From Antedon mediterranea (lineage: Eukaryota > Animalia > Echinodermata): a stretch of DNA of 64,000 nucleotides. Position numbers and translations under genes: made by a program. Positions 1 through 12,872 of this stretch are shown here, one piece after another. Where the stretch lies: contig NC_092671.1 of the NCBI RefSeq assembly GCF_964355755.1, positions 35,660,304 to 35,724,303 of the forward strand, in the 5' to 3' direction. The stretch's first letter is position 1, and every line of letters starts with the position of its first letter. The notes below the pieces were generated by a model, which was given only the letters and a program-made list of their open reading frames with translations, did no database searches and had not been told where the DNA came from.

Positions 1-320
1 TCAGTGTTTTCCTTATATGGATCAGTGTTTCCCTTATATGGATTGGTGATTACCTTATGGATTAGTGTTTTCCTTATATGGATCAGTGTTTCCTTTGTAT
101 GGATCAGTGTTTCCCTTGTATGGGTCAGTGTTTCCTTTGTATGGATCAGTGTTTCCTTTGTATGGATCAGTGTTTCCTTTGTATGGATCAGTGTTTCCTT
201 TGTATGGATCAGTGTTTCCTTTGTATGGATCAGTGTTTCCTTTGTATGGATCAGTGTTTCCTTTGTATGGATCAGTTTTTCCTTTGTATGGATCAGTATT
301 TCCTTTATATGGATCAGTTA
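1..320. repeat. 21-bp minisatellite (GTATGGATCAGTGTTTCCTTT)n, running off the window start
   Basis: About 15 near-identical 21-bp units; explains the 7-aa periodic ORFs at 4..369, 65..346 and 78..359. Confidence 0.95.
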
Positions 321-3109
321 TTGGGTTTACTCATTGTTACCTGTAAAACAAAAATATGATATTAAATGACTTTGAATTGAACAGGTATCAATTTCAAAAT
401 AAATGGAATAAATGGATATTTGAAAACTGCCAGTGAAAAAAATGTTCATTTTCTAGTTCAATCTTGTAATGCGAGAACTTTATTCTTTTTGTTATAAATA
501 AATGTATCATTTTCACAGTATTTGGTTTCATTTATTCTATCTTTAATACTATCTTATTATTTGTAAAGTGCATTTAAATTTTGAGATATTTTATTAATAT
601 TTAAGTGACACTTTTACACTAAAAATGAAGATTTGTAATATTTGTGGATATTAAAAAAAAAACTGTATTAACAAAATATGCAGTAGATAAATAAATATTA
701 ATGCTAGAATAAAAATCGTTTTAAAATATCAAATTTCATAACCAAGAAGATAAGTGTATACATTTCAGAGAAATAATCAGTTGCTACTGTAATTCATAAA
801 TATTAAGAATAAATATTGTAAAAAGGAGCAAAATTATCATTACATACGTACTGTACAGTAAAATTTAGCACCCATATAACTAAAATTAACTATAAAGCAG
901 TTTTTTAAAAATTGTTTATTATATGCTGTTTTTTAATCTGGTTTACTTGTATTGTACGTGATTGGATGTTAGTATTTCCGTAAGACTATTATGCATTGGT
1001 ATTAATGTTTAGATGCTGTTTTACCAATCTTGTTGAAGGCATGGTTCTGAATTGATTTATTAAAAGGCATGGACAAAAAAAAATTTATCACTTATCGCAT
1101 AAAGGTGCTCAGAATTTGTTAATAGGATGATAAAAATACAATTCCGCACACGATCAAGCAGCTTTAGAGAAAAAGTCTTTTAAAGTATCCATTTAGACAA
1201 GTGCTGGAATTTAGCGATAAAGACGAGAATGATAGTGTCATTGGCAATTAAATTTGACATTTCTTGACATGCTTGTTAAAAGAAACACTTCATGATTTAG
1301 TTGCTTATTCATCACTGACATATCATTCGTTTGATTAATTTGATTTCTGCAATTTTTTGACTGAAATATGTTACTCTATCAGCCAACTGTGAAACACGAA
1401 GATGGTGTGAAAGATGTTGATAATTGGTAAAAATGGAGAGTAATTGTTGAAGGCGTAAGTGGCTGTAAAACTACTATTAAGACCAAATAGTGACTGAATG
1501 TTGTGGTATAATGATAATTTCAAGTGTTAGTTGTGTCATTGTTTTTCAGATATACAATAAGTCACGTCATACGTATGTGCTATATATCGTTAGTGAAACC
1601 ATGAAACAAATAAAGTGAAATAAGATATCCCTCAAAATGTACGCTGGTTTAAAATGGAAAAGCGGTAAGTTTGAAAACCGCAAGGGAGCATTGCATTAAT
1701 ACAATTTTGTGTTAAAATTATTATAGAAATATAAAATTTATTGTCATGAACTAAATAATGCATGACATAAATGTTATTGTCATTTATTTTATTGATAAAT
1801 TTGCAAATGATGCTAGCCCAGGTGTGGCATGTGAAGTCAATTGATTGCGTGGCGAAAATGTTACGGTAATTCATTGGCGGAATAAGATAAAAATAGAGCT
1901 GGTCTAGGATCGTATTACATTTTTAGCAAAATGTAATTTTCATACTCATATGTTTTCTGTTTTTTGCTCAGATGGTGGAAAATGATAAAATAGAAATATC
2001 TGGCCTATATGATTGAATCAGTTTTAGCAAAATTACTGTAGTTACTGTATGATAGTATAAAGTTTACAGTATACATATTTTTATATGTTAAAATACGTTT
2101 TCTACAGTATCTACAGTATCTTTTTTTTCAAAATATGATAAACAAATGTTACCTCTTGGCTCTTGATCAGTTTGTTTTTACAAATATTTTTGGCATTTTT
2201 TTAGTCTTTGGAAGATTAATTTTGTAGTTTGAATTGTTTTTTTTTATCTTTTTGTTCCGAAACGTCGATCTTCTTGTTTTTTGTCATTAAATTTTATTGT
2301 AAAGTTATATAGTAAGCGTCTATTAATTCGTTTTTTGTTGTTTTGCATTTAACATCTTCGAAATTTGTATGCTGTTGTTGTGAGTTGTGATATCTTCAGT
2401 GTGAACATACCGTTGTATATTACTGTAAGTTGCCTCGGGCACGCAATCTTTAAAGTATAATTATTTTCAAAGCTTTAAAAGCATTACCAATAGATAGCCC
2501 TAATGTGTGACTTGAAATTTGATGCTGTCAAAAAAACGAACGAGCCAACTCATTCATCTTTCCATGCCAACTTTAGATATAAACTGAATAATGAATTTAT
2601 GACAATTATTGTATTATAAAATGTTGCATTCATTTTGTAAAGCTTTTTTACTTTCCAATCTGATAGATAAAAATGATGCGTTGGTGTTTATGAGAGAATT
2701 GTACAATGACAAGCAAAAATAACATTTACATGAGGGGGTGTTGAAAAGAATTTTATGTTAGATATTTATGTTTTTTCAAAGCATCTTATTGGACATCTAC
2801 TGAACGATTATATTTGATGGCCCCCTAGAGTCTTGTTTTTTTTTGGATGCAGCTTTTAGACAGTATGGCTAATGGTCAGTGAACTTGGCTGAATACTGCT
2901 TCGTCGCCAAAAGTCCACTTAAAAATATCAATTGGTCAATACCAATTTCTAAAGCTTAGAAGTTCATGGCTAGGTATAAAATTAGTTTATTAGCAGGAAA
3001 AATGTGTACTTGCCTTTCAAAACACCTATTTTCAATCAGTCACAGTCTATTTTATGCTTATAGCTTACCTGGATAAACCGGCAATAGCCCTTTCTACTTG
3101 AAGAGTGAG

Positions 3110-3415
3110 ATTATTATTATTTTTATATCAAAATTATTATATCAAAATTATTATATCAAAATTTATAAAGTGTCAATTCAAAGACCGAGGTACAAAATCA
3201 ATGCATGTTAGTGGTCGAACAAATAAGTTTTGAGCAATTTTTTAAATAAGGCAACAGAAGAGCAGTGTTTAATTCGTGCGGGGAGGGAATTCCAGAGTGT
3301 GGGTGCTGCAAAAGAAAACGATCTACGACCAAAGCTTTTAGTAGCTATGTGTGGAACAGATATTAAAAAATCATCAGATGATCCAAGAGTCCGTCCAGGA
3401 ACATAAATGGTGATA
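3110..3415 (-). mobile_element. 5'-truncated L2/CR1-group LINE 3' fragment (ORF2 C-terminus)
   Basis: Translation YVPGRTLGSS...SFGRRSFSFAAPTLWNSLP...FKKLLKTYLF is the typical L2 ORF2 end. Confidence 0.8.
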
Positions 3416-3424
3416 ACTCGAAAA

Positions 3425-3622
3425 GTAATGATGATGGTGGTTTGTGGAGAGGCTCCCACCTGTGGCATAGTTCATGGACTATACCATTTTGTGAAGAAGG
3501 GTGTTCAATAAAAATTTCTACTTTTCGAGTTATATCTCTGTCATCGAGGAGAAAGGGCTGTTGTCGGTTTATCCAGGTAAGCTAGCACTCATAAACTACC
3601 AACACCAATGTTGGTTTGTGTA
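3425..3622 (-). mobile_element. Interspersed repeat, probable Penelope-like terminal-repeat fragment (family B)
   Basis: Second copy at ~25625-25815 and inverted partial copy at 3061-3110; minus-strand consensus has a degenerate (C/T)TGAAGA-hairpin-GAAA hammerhead-like core. Confidence 0.55.
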
Positions 3623-4307
3623 GTTTAGTGCTTTCCACTTGCATCCTTTTTGTTTTCATACACATCACATGACTACGCAGCTATTCAGTCTAATTCTGCA
3701 CATGTTATGTCTTTCTGAGTATGTGTAGAATGAGCTTTTTACTTAAAAGCTATTTAATCAAGAACGGGCATCATGAAATCATGAAAACAAAGGTCATTAA
3801 TAATATGGCTTCTTATTAATACCTCTGAAATGATCTAGTAAAATATCTCAAAATGCAATTTTAAACTTGCATTGAATCATTTGAATTGTGAAACTTAACT
3901 GTAACTCTATAATTGATATGCATACCGTTGTTTCACAAACATCAATTGTGAAACATAGCTTCATGAATATCAATTATTTATTTAATAGACAATATTACAA
4001 TTGAAAATGACTCATTTTGTTCATCAATGCTGCTGTAAGATGATAGCCAAGTTGAGCAAACATTTAAAATTCCAATGATTACAAAGCTTTCATTGTTTTT
4101 TTAATACCTTAGGCACATTTTCTTTTAGCCATTTTATTTATTTAAAGCACATAAAAATACATAGTTCATTGGTTGAAATTTATAAATAAAACAAAGTTTT
4201 GAACATTCTCTCATAAAATAGTAACTGTATTAAGGTTGATAATGAAAGTTATGCATGTTTTTCAGCCTGGTCCAAACTAAATTGTTTTTTATTGATTTTT
4301 AAAAATA

Positions 4308-4535
4308 TATTTCATTTCATTTTTATTTCACTAAAAACTTAAATAAAGTGGAGGAGCCTAAATGAAAGCCTAGCTTTTGTAGTGAACAGGCTCCTCAAGT
4401 CAAAAATACAAAATATTATAAATAACAATTAGGAACTCCAAAACAACAAAAGACTTCATAATATTGGTCAAGCTATGCTTCAATTAAGCATATAGACCAT
4501 TTTAAAGCATAAGCATTTATGTTACAATTATTACT
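4308..4535 (-). mobile_element. LINE 3' UTR remnant with (TGAAA)n tail
   Basis: TTTCATTTCAT tail on + strand and GAGGAGCCT...AGGCTCCTC stem-loop, similar in style to the 3' end of the LINE at 45344-48700. Confidence 0.45.
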
Positions 4536-4537
4536 TA

Positions 4538-5010
4538 AGCTTTGTCTACACTATCAAACTAGTTTGACAAAAAAAGTTTGAGGTGCCCAAATATGGTAGT
4601 GATATGGCCAAATATAGTGGTGATATGAGTGAGTGGCCGAGCGGTTAAGACAGTGGAACCGTAATTACGTAGCCATAAAATCGGCAAGGGTTCGAGGCTC
4701 ACTCACTCCATCGTGGTAGAACGAGTCTTCTCGGATAAGGACTATAAACCGTAGGTCCAGTGTACACAACTAGCTTGTGTGCACTTTAAAGAACCTAGTA
4801 CATCTTTCGAGACGAGTAGTGGGTTACCGCGGTGTATTAGTACATCACAGCCACTGATCACCAACTGGGCCCTCTGGGAGATCAGTCTTTGACTGAAGAG
4901 GTCACCCAGTATAAAAATGAACAAACAAACAAACAAACATATGACATCATCATGTCCATATATGAGCACATCACATTTTTTTGTCACATAAAGTTTGATA
5001 GTGTAGACAG
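4538..5010. mobile_element. PIF/Harbinger-like MITE (family H1), interrupted by a SINE
   Basis: TIR TGTCTACACTATCAAACT / AGTTTGATAGTGTAGACA, internal CCAAATATGGTAGTGAT repeats, TTA flank; at least 6 copies in window. Confidence 0.8.
4629..4938 (+). mobile_element. tRNA-derived SINE with Deu-like central domain, copy 1
   Basis: A box TGGCCGAGCGG, B box GGTTCGAGGC, GAGTGA/TCACTC acceptor-like stem, core GGATAAGGACTATAAACCGTAGGTCC...TTAAAGAACC...GAGTAG; (AAAC)n tail; ATATGA duplication at 4623-4628 and 4939-4944. Confidence 0.85.
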
Positions 5011-5201
5011 ATTGAGTACTATAACTATCACAAAGAATGGTACATTAATATGTTGAAATCTACTACAGTTTGTGTACTGTGATCATTTCTTTCAAATCAA
5101 ATCAAATAATCTTTATTCATCAAACATAAAACATTGTGAAATACAAAAATATAAGAATACATTATAAAAAGATGAAAAAGAAACACATAAAAACTCAAAA
5201 G

Positions 5202-5379
5202 AGCTTGATAAGTTGTGTCCCCCTACGTCCCTAACTAGCTTGATAAGTTGTGTCCCCCTACGTCCCTAACTAGCTTGATAAGTTGTGTCCCCCTACGTCC
5301 CTAACAAGCTTGATAAGTTGTGTCCCCCTACGTCCCTAACTAGCTTGATAAGTTGTGTCCCCCTACGTCCCTAACTAGC
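5202..5379. repeat. 35-bp tandem repeat x5 inside a LINE-like 3' end (minus-strand (TTTGA)n tail near 5092)
   Basis: AGCTTGATAAGTTGTGTCCCCCTACGTCCCTAACT at 5202, 5237, 5272, 5307 and 5342. Confidence 0.95.
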
Positions 5380-8300
5380 CTAAAAACTAATACTTAAATA
5401 ATAACAAAAGCTATTAAAATCCTGCAACAAGTATCTATATAAATTTACGTAAGGGCAAAATTCGGTAAATCGCGCCTTACTTCTAGAATGTTTACTCGAT
5501 GGTATATAAAGTTGGTTCGTACTTTCGATACTGATTTTAACCACCTGATGTAACCCTGTTTACTAATTAAATGGAGTTCGATAATTAGTTATTGACGATT
5601 AAAACGAATTTAGGTTCAACGATTTGCCCCAAATAGGGGTGTTTTCCGATCGTGGTATACACTGTCCAATGCATGTCTATCTTGAAAAATATCCGCATAC
5701 AATAAAACGAGGATGCTTCGCATTTTCCTATCTCCTCCTACGATAATTGTTTTTAATGGATGAAAACCGGTTGAACAGCTCGAGTACAGCATCATAATGT
5801 TGAAGACAGACCTATTTTCTTAAAAACATACTATTTTGATATATTTAATATACATTTATACAAATGTATTGATTTCCGATGAATGGAACATTCCAATAAT
5901 AACTCTTTGCTTTAACACAAGTACCACCAGCTGTAGGTAATTTATTGGCCCTTGGGGAATTAACCTAAAACCTATATATAGATAAATATTGCAATACTTG
6001 GACATTACTGTAAATACGTATTAACATTTGTGGTCGCCATTGAATTTACTGTGAGTGTGGGTACTGTTAGATGTATAACACAATCATGTACAAATAAACG
6101 TATTACTGTGAGTGTAGGCCCTACTGTTATATAGAACGTACAATATACAAATAAACTGTAGTACTGACAGTTGCTTCTCAACGTTTGTATTAATTAATAA
6201 TTACAAAGAATATAAACGTTGTAGTGGTACGTGTATCGTTACATGTACATGCTATTTCAATGGACTATAACAGTGACAGTTTTAACAAAGTATTAAATCG
6301 CAAATGTGTTACTGTATCAAGTGGTATATTATTTATAGGCCTATCAAAGTGAAAAACATATTTCGTTACTGAGTAGATAAAGAATATATTAAAACATTGT
6401 TCTTCTTTGTACCCATATCCTCTTCCCCATCCCTCAAAACTAATGTTACACACAAAACACAAATTGGGTTTGTTTAAATGAGTCCAAATAACAAATTTGG
6501 ACTCATTTTGTGACAAGTTTCTCTTTCGGAAGTAATTCCCAGTGTGCTAATTTCAGTTTAATACATAAATCATTGTGTCTATTTATTCGTTTCTGTAAAC
6601 AATAATAACTATTATCGTCCTGCAGTACGTACATTAAAAAAAGCATTTTTTTACGCTGAAATTACTGTGTATTCGAGAACCATCTGTGGTACTTTGTAGT
6701 TCGTAATTCAAGTCATATAATTAAGAAAGAAAAAACTGTATGACATAAGTAAATTGCGTTTCTCTGCATTAATTGTTAATGTTTAAAGCGATTATTAATA
6801 ATCTTCTTCATTCTAGTTAATGATCCTTGAATAATATCTATAATATTACCGATATTAAACCACTGATTTAATGTCAATACTTAGTACATTGCTGTACCAA
6901 ATGGCGGCATCGGATTTACTTGCGGCAACATCGCTAAGCGTGCTTGAAATTTCGTTATTAAGTCGACTAATATTTTCTGATGATATACACAATTTTACTA
7001 GATTAATATCTGTATTAAATTCAAATATTTAATATGCGAAGGCTAATTTGTATGTACAGTCACAAATGAGTATTATTTTGGAATGCTAATAATGTTATAT
7101 CTTTCCTCATTCGTAATTATTTCACCTTTGAGGTAGTAGTCATGTTGTCCGAATGTAGTTTCATGACCATGGCCTCGTTTTTATTCATCTAGCGTTTTGA
7201 AATAAATGAACATGCCGCGACAATCATCATGTTAGTGAGCCCGTAAAGGGCTATACTAATTTATCTTCTAAACCGAAATTAGGCTGCTTGGTAATAACTA
7301 AATGTTGCTATATATTGCAAAGATGTCTTGAAGTATAACATTCAGTGCTGCTGTATGAAAATAAATCATGTTCTGATGATAGTAGTTTCAGAGTCAAAAT
7401 TTTTCAAAATGAGAATTTCTTTTTTCTTTCCAAAAGGCCCCACACATACATACTATGGAAATTTGTATTTAGAAAACAAAATATTTCACAAAACCATTTA
7501 CGAGAAATCGTTTTCAAAATGCAAATTTCAATAGTATTTTTAAATTAAAAAATTTGAGGCCTTTTGGAAAGAAAAATCTTGTTTTGGGAGTGTTCTAGTT
7601 ATTCTGTAGAGAATTCCATTCCCTACAATTTGTGACGTTTAAAAAAAATATGCATATTACTTTAAAAACCTTAAACCGTTTTATGGTAAATTAAGATAAA
7701 AAGAGAGAAACAATGCACTACCTACAGTAAGTAGCTCATGGTGAATGTCCTCTCGTGGACGGTCTTTTGGTCTATTGTAGGCTAGCTGGTAAAAATTTGT
7801 AACATACGAACATTGTATTAGCTATAGGCCCAGCCTGTCGTAGAGTTGCTGCATTAATTGTGTTTTTGCTGGACTTCATTAATACAAATTGGGGGAAGCC
7901 TGTTATTTTCCCTGAAGTCTTCCATTTGTTTTGGCCTCACAATCGATCAAAAAAACAAAATATCAATCCCTTCCCAATGCATGTTGGCATTTATAGCACG
8001 CCACTTAAATTATTAGAATCAACTTATTTTCCACATTTTTAAATATGGATAGGATCATATACAGTAGTATTTGTTATTACATTAAATGTAGTTTGTTACC
8101 TTAAATTAAATCTAAAAAACGTAGGGAATGGGTCTTTATAAACGATTTGTTTTAATTATTTTATATTCTAAACCTACTTCTTGAGATGTACTGTGGATGT
8201 ATTGTCTTTAAAATTTAGTAAATCTTCAAAAACTAAATTTATTTCCATTATATAATTAGTTTAAGACATCTGATACTTAATACTACACATAAAAGGTTTT

Positions 8301-8540
8301 GCATGTCTAATGGAACTTCTTGCTGATGGCCTAGCATTTGATAACAGTATCGAGTTTGAAAGATTTGCGAAATGAATTTGTTTTCCAAAAGCAATTTAAT
8401 TTGAAAAACTCCCATGGCGTTTGGTTCACAAAAGAGATAACATCAAAATCTTGAGCAGATTCACAAACTATGTGACAAATCTTTTAGCACATCTAAATGT
8501 CACAAGTACAGTATAAAGTTTACAAACAAAAATACTGTAA

Positions 8541-8722
8541 AGTTTGTCACTATCAAACTTTATGTGACAAAAAAAAATGTTATGTGCCCATATATAGACA
8601 TGATGATATACAAATATGGTAGTTCTATGCCCAAATATGGTAGTTATATGACATCATCATGTCCATATTTGGGCATATCACACTTTTTTTTATCAAACTA
8701 GTTTGATAGTATAGACAAAGCT
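8541..8722. mobile_element. Harbinger-like MITE family H1 copy
   Basis: CACTATCAAACT...AGTTTGATAGTATAGACAAAGCT followed by TTA. Confidence 0.8.
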
Positions 8723-8942
8723 TTAGAAAGGTCAGTATCTTAACAAGATCCAATAATTCTGACGTAAAAAGGGTAGATGTCTGAACAGAGACTAAACAAT
8801 AGAGGCTGAAGGTAGTGTTAAAACATTTCCCCTTCGTGATTTCCCAAAACAGTGTCCTTTTAATTCAGGTGTGAATAGGGGTCAGTGTCCTTCACAGGTT
8901 TTCTACTGTATGTTTTAGGCTTCTGTTTATCTCAAAATCCAA

Positions 8943-9278
8943 AGATGTATTGTTCCCCAAAAACATAACAAATGAAGATTAATTAAATCAGACTTTGAAT
9001 AGGTTATTTTGTAGTTTTAATATAGATAATTACTTCCATGGAAAAAAAAAGAAAATAAATAAAGTTTTCACATTTTACTTAAATTACAAAATAAATGGTT
9101 AAATTCAACAAAAACAATTTGACATATTTTTCTTTAAATTACAGATTTTTCAGGTAAATATATTTTTTTTCGATCCAATTTTTGGTCAAAGTGAATAACT
9201 ACTGTATTATGTGAAATTAAAATAACATATTCAACAACAAACAATTTAAGCAAACATTTTCAGGGGGACAATATATAT
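8943..9278. mobile_element. Kolobok-like MITE (family K1) directly upstream of the first ZRANB3 exon in the window
   Basis: AGATGTATTGTTCCCC ... GGGGACAATATATAT TIR; related copies at ~18410-18668 and ~26320-26958; same termini as 23804-24345. Confidence 0.7.
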
Positions 9279-9303
9279 TTAATTTTTTTATTTTATTTTG
9301 CAG

Positions 9304-9482
9304 ATGGGGCTTGGTAAAACATTACAAGCTTTGTCAGTTGCATACTGCTACAAGGAAGAATGGCCACTTCTGATAATTGTACCATCGTCACTGCGTTATC
9401 CATGGATTGAGGAACTTGAAAAATGGTTTCCAAACATACAACCTGGAGATGTACATCTGGTTAACAGTGGCACAGATGTTGG
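9304..9482 (+). CDS. ZRANB3: ZRANB3-like SNF2 helicase internal exon (motifs I/Ia)
   Basis: ttttgcag acceptor, GG|gtatgt donor (phase 2); MGLGKTLQALSVAYCYKEEWPLLIIVPSSLRYPWIEELEKW closely matches the ZRANB3 Walker A region as I recall it. Confidence 0.9.
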
Positions 9483-9561
9483 GTATGTAAATGACAGCCT
9501 TGGTTTGTTCTTGATGTTATGTTTGATTGTATATTATTATTTTTGTATAAATCCAAAGGCA

Positions 9562-10218
9562 AACTAGAAAGCCACTCCGAGAGTGCATACCTCCGCCTAC
9601 TGTACAATTCTCCTACATAAGATTTCTCCGGTTAAAAAAAAAAAATAAATTTGTGTGTGTCTTAATGCTGTTTGTGATTGAGGCTAATTTCACTACAAGC
9701 ATGTGTATGCGATTTTGGTGTAATGGTTTGTAACAAGCCTTTCAAATAGCTTCAGTTGACTAACAATAGAACAGCAACGCGAAAATCAAACGAGTGAATT
9801 TGAAAAGAAATAGGTTTTTTAAACTACTAGCATAAAAAAACGTGCACATTAAATCAAATTATGTTTTAAAATTACAAATCACAAATTATAACTCTTGCCT
9901 CTTGTACAAAGAGTGGAGTAGTAGTTCTCGAGAAAATGCAATTTCAGTTTACTTGTTACTTTAAGACTGCTCGCCGGCTTTTGAAAAATTCTGTCCTATC
10001 TTTTAACACTGGCAGGTCTGAAACGTATACTAAAAAGTGGTCCAGAATTGGGACCATGGTCACAAATGGTCCCAAAATTTAATGGAATGGTCCTTGACCA
10101 CATATCTATCTGTATATTCATTTTGGTAAAGATCTTGTAATTACTTTTTGAGTAATCCTGCTAACAAACAAACAAACAAACACACGCTACCGATTACATA
10201 CCTCCTTGGCGGAGGTAA
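9562..10218 (-). mobile_element. Non-autonomous Helentron (HINE/DINE-1-like), copy 1
   Basis: Minus strand starts TTACCTCCGCCAAGGAGGT, has (GTTT)n, ends GGCGGAGGTATGCACTCTCGGAGTG hairpin + TTCTAGTT; near-identical copy at 39639-40260. Confidence 0.8.
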
Positions 10219-10221
10219 ATT

Positions 10222-10370
10222 ACTGAAAAAATGACAATGCTGTGGGTATCAGTGGCTGGATCTCAATGGAGATACAAAAAAAAGCGAAAAGCTAAATCAA
10301 AACGATAAAGTAAAACAGCCAGAAAAATTAGCAGAGCTTTCGGGCAACACTAGCCCTTCATGCAAGTGAA
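10222..10370 (-). mobile_element. Probable Penelope-like terminal-repeat fragment (family A)
   Basis: Minus strand ATGAAGGGCTAGTGTTGCCCGAAAGCTC hammerhead-like remnant; homologous copy on + at 29308-29450. Confidence 0.55.
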
Positions 10371-11599
10371 GGAATTATTATAATAATAATAATACATGTT
10401 TAATATGAAAATGATTTTCCACATCCTAAATTTAATTTCGAATAGATGACACTTCATGATATTTTAGGTATTGATAACCTAAGGGCAGAATCCAATTTGT
10501 TACAAATAGGAACTGGATGTCAAAATTCTATATTTTTTCTAATAAAAAAATTGTGTTTTTATTTTATTGCAGTTGAAATAGAATCAGAATTATCATGAAT
10601 AGATTCTGTAGGAATACTATATGTAAAGTAAAATGCACAGTAGTATAGGTCAATAACTCTTCTAATGTCTCTAACCCCCGTTGTACAATGACTCAAGGCT
10701 GGATACATTAATTGTTATACCTCTGCCATTTTAAATGCGTGTGTTATATGATATTAGACAATTTTGTCTGTTTAAATTTCTCAAATCACCACCGGAATTA
10801 AGCCTACAAATGTCAAATGTTCTAGGGGTGTACTTTTGCATGTATCGATGTAGACATATATTGCCACTAAGGGAAAACAAAATGGCTTTAAATTCTAACA
10901 ATATCTTAATATCTCATGGTCTGCCAAATGTGATCAATGTGAATAAATTGGAAATGGATATTTTTATATTGTAGAAATGCATTTTGCTAAATGGATGTAT
11001 AGTGACATTTAAGGTTTTTCACAAAATTGCAATTTTGTTAAATTTGAAACACTTATGGAACAGTTAGCATTATAATTATCATCATTCATCATTGCTGTAT
11101 ATGGAATTACTGACAGTGTTTTGACATTGATATGTGGTAATAGAACATCATTCAAAATTATCTTGTTGCCATGGTCTACATTTTAGGGGTTTAAAACAAA
11201 ATCTATTTAAATTGTTTCTTTATTTCATTTATTCATATTACCATAAAACTTTATTTTATTTTTCCTTATATTCATAATTAAAAGAAGTATAATATTTAAT
11301 TCCTTATTCACCTTTATATTAAAATATCCAAAAAGTTTTTCCAAACCAATTTTTGTACAGTAGTTTCTATCTGTATATAATTCTTTATCTTTCTTCGTTA
11401 AACCATTCATGAATACAGTATGTACGTGTGCGACGTTTCGACTTGGTAGTTTGTTAAGTCAGGTTAACTTTTGCTAAAAATAAAACCAGTTTCTCATTTG
11501 ATTGGTGTAATGTTGTCCTTCACCTGAGTGTAGTCAAATTTTCACACCAATCATCTACCTTCTGAGGTGAGGTAAAATTATTTTGCAAGATCCTATGTT

Positions 11600-11887
11600 C
11601 TGTTGGGTAGCCGAGTATTTAATCAATTAATTTGGAAGTGTACAACTTAAAAAGGAGTTGGGTAACCGAGTGGTTAGGACACTTGGTTGTCATACAGAGA
11701 GACCTGGGTTCAACTTCCAGTCTACTCAGCTGTATATGAGTACTTGGTTGAAAATACTAGGGAGAAAAGGGTGGCGTGGAAAGGAACTGACCACCCTAAC
11801 ACATAATGTGGAGGCTTAGTACAGTGATCTCCTAATAGCTCATTTCCCTACGTTCAAAATGAACACAGGAATCAATTTTACCTTTTA
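11600..11887 (+). mobile_element. tRNA-derived SINE (second family) with duplicated 5' head
   Basis: A box TAACCGAGTGG, B box GGTTCAACTTCC, CTACTCAGCTGTATATGAGTAC core, TTTACCTTTTA tail; CCTATGTT duplication at 11592-11599 and 11888-11895. Confidence 0.7.
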
Positions 11888-12011
11888 CCTATGTTTAGAC
11901 GACAAACGACAATAGGTCTTTTTGTAGAAAATCAAGAGATTCCATGATTTCCTGAATTTGAATTTGAGGAATTAAATTGTAATTGATTCTTATACAAAAT
12001 GCTTGAAAATC

Positions 12012-12303
12012 AATAATATTGACATAATTGACAGTAATAAATATCTTGAATGAATTGTGAATGTTTGCATTATATTATCTTAATTGTGTGTGCATTATGT
12101 TGTTTCAGTCATAATTTAGTTAAGAGCAGAAATTATATCCATTGTACACAAATAATAATATTGACATTTGACAGTAATAAATATCCTGAATGAATTGTGA
12201 AAGTAATTTCATTTATATATTAAATATTATCTTTATTGTGTGTGCATTATGTTGTTGCAGTCATAATTTAGTTAAGAGCAGAAATTACATTCATTGTACA
12301 CAA
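12012..12303. repeat. Imperfect ~145-bp tandem duplication
   Basis: AATAATATTGACAT...CATTGTACACAA occurs twice head to tail. Confidence 0.85.
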
Positions 12304-12719
12304 GATTCATACAAACTGCAGAGCCTCAATGACATATAACCTTTTATCATTCACCTAATACTCTTCACACCATGTAATTGAACAATACTTTAGTGGAAAG
12401 AGGGAATTGGTATTCCGCTATAGATGGAAAAATAAATAAAAAAAATGTTTTATTATTATTAGTATTTATATTGCTTTCAATAGCATGGCACATACTTAAT
12501 TACTTTACAAGGTCATAACTGTATGGATTTATCCGCAATTTTAAATAATTTCCTTTTATTAAGTACTTTGACTTTAATTAAATTGACTTTGACTGATGAC
12601 ATGAGTTAAAAACATAGACTACTGAAATTACTAAAAATATACTTGATATTGAACTTTGAATGTTTCATTTTATTATTTATATACAGTAAACTTGTATGTA
12701 AAATGTAGGAATATGTGTT

Positions 12720-12872
12720 CACTCGTCCTTCAGATGGGATGTAAAGTCGTTGTTCCTATGTACATATTGCTGATTTGGTAGGCGTTGCACTGCTTGCTGC
12801 CGTGGGTCCGTGGAGGGCCTAATCCGAATTTCCTCAGTTTCCAGTTAAGCTTAAGGACCAGTATAAAAACAT
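12720..12872 (+). mobile_element. Probable 5'-truncated SINE fragment
   Basis: CAGATGGGATGTAAAGTCG Deu-like motif and a CCAGTATAAA 3' end shared with the DeuSINE-like family. Confidence 0.4.

Noticed and set aside
1-369. Three overlapping periodic ORFs, or a CRISPR-like array
   Set aside because: Pure 21-bp tandem repeat with no unique spacers and no cas genes; the ORFs result from a stop-free unit
4627-4711. tRNA-Ser/Leu-like gene
   Set aside because: It is the head of a SINE present three times; the anticodon arm does not fold properly
5202-5379. 35-bp repeats of CRISPR-like length
   Set aside because: Contiguous units without spacers in eukaryotic intronic DNA
5430-7700. CpG-richer stretch possibly belonging to a large DNA transposon or promoter
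   Set aside because: No paired termini, TSD or coding remnant could be established; only a small inverted repeat at ~7415-7580
1-9303. Upstream ZRANB3 exons (the ...ADE segment before MGLGKT)
   Set aside because: No convincing AG-exon-GT candidate found by eye; probably upstream of the window, though a micro-exon could be missed
9298-9567. Stand-alone ORFs 9298..9567, 19757..20236 and 62430..62630 as complete genes
   Set aside because: Homology starts and stops at AG/GT sites; the extensions are intron read-through
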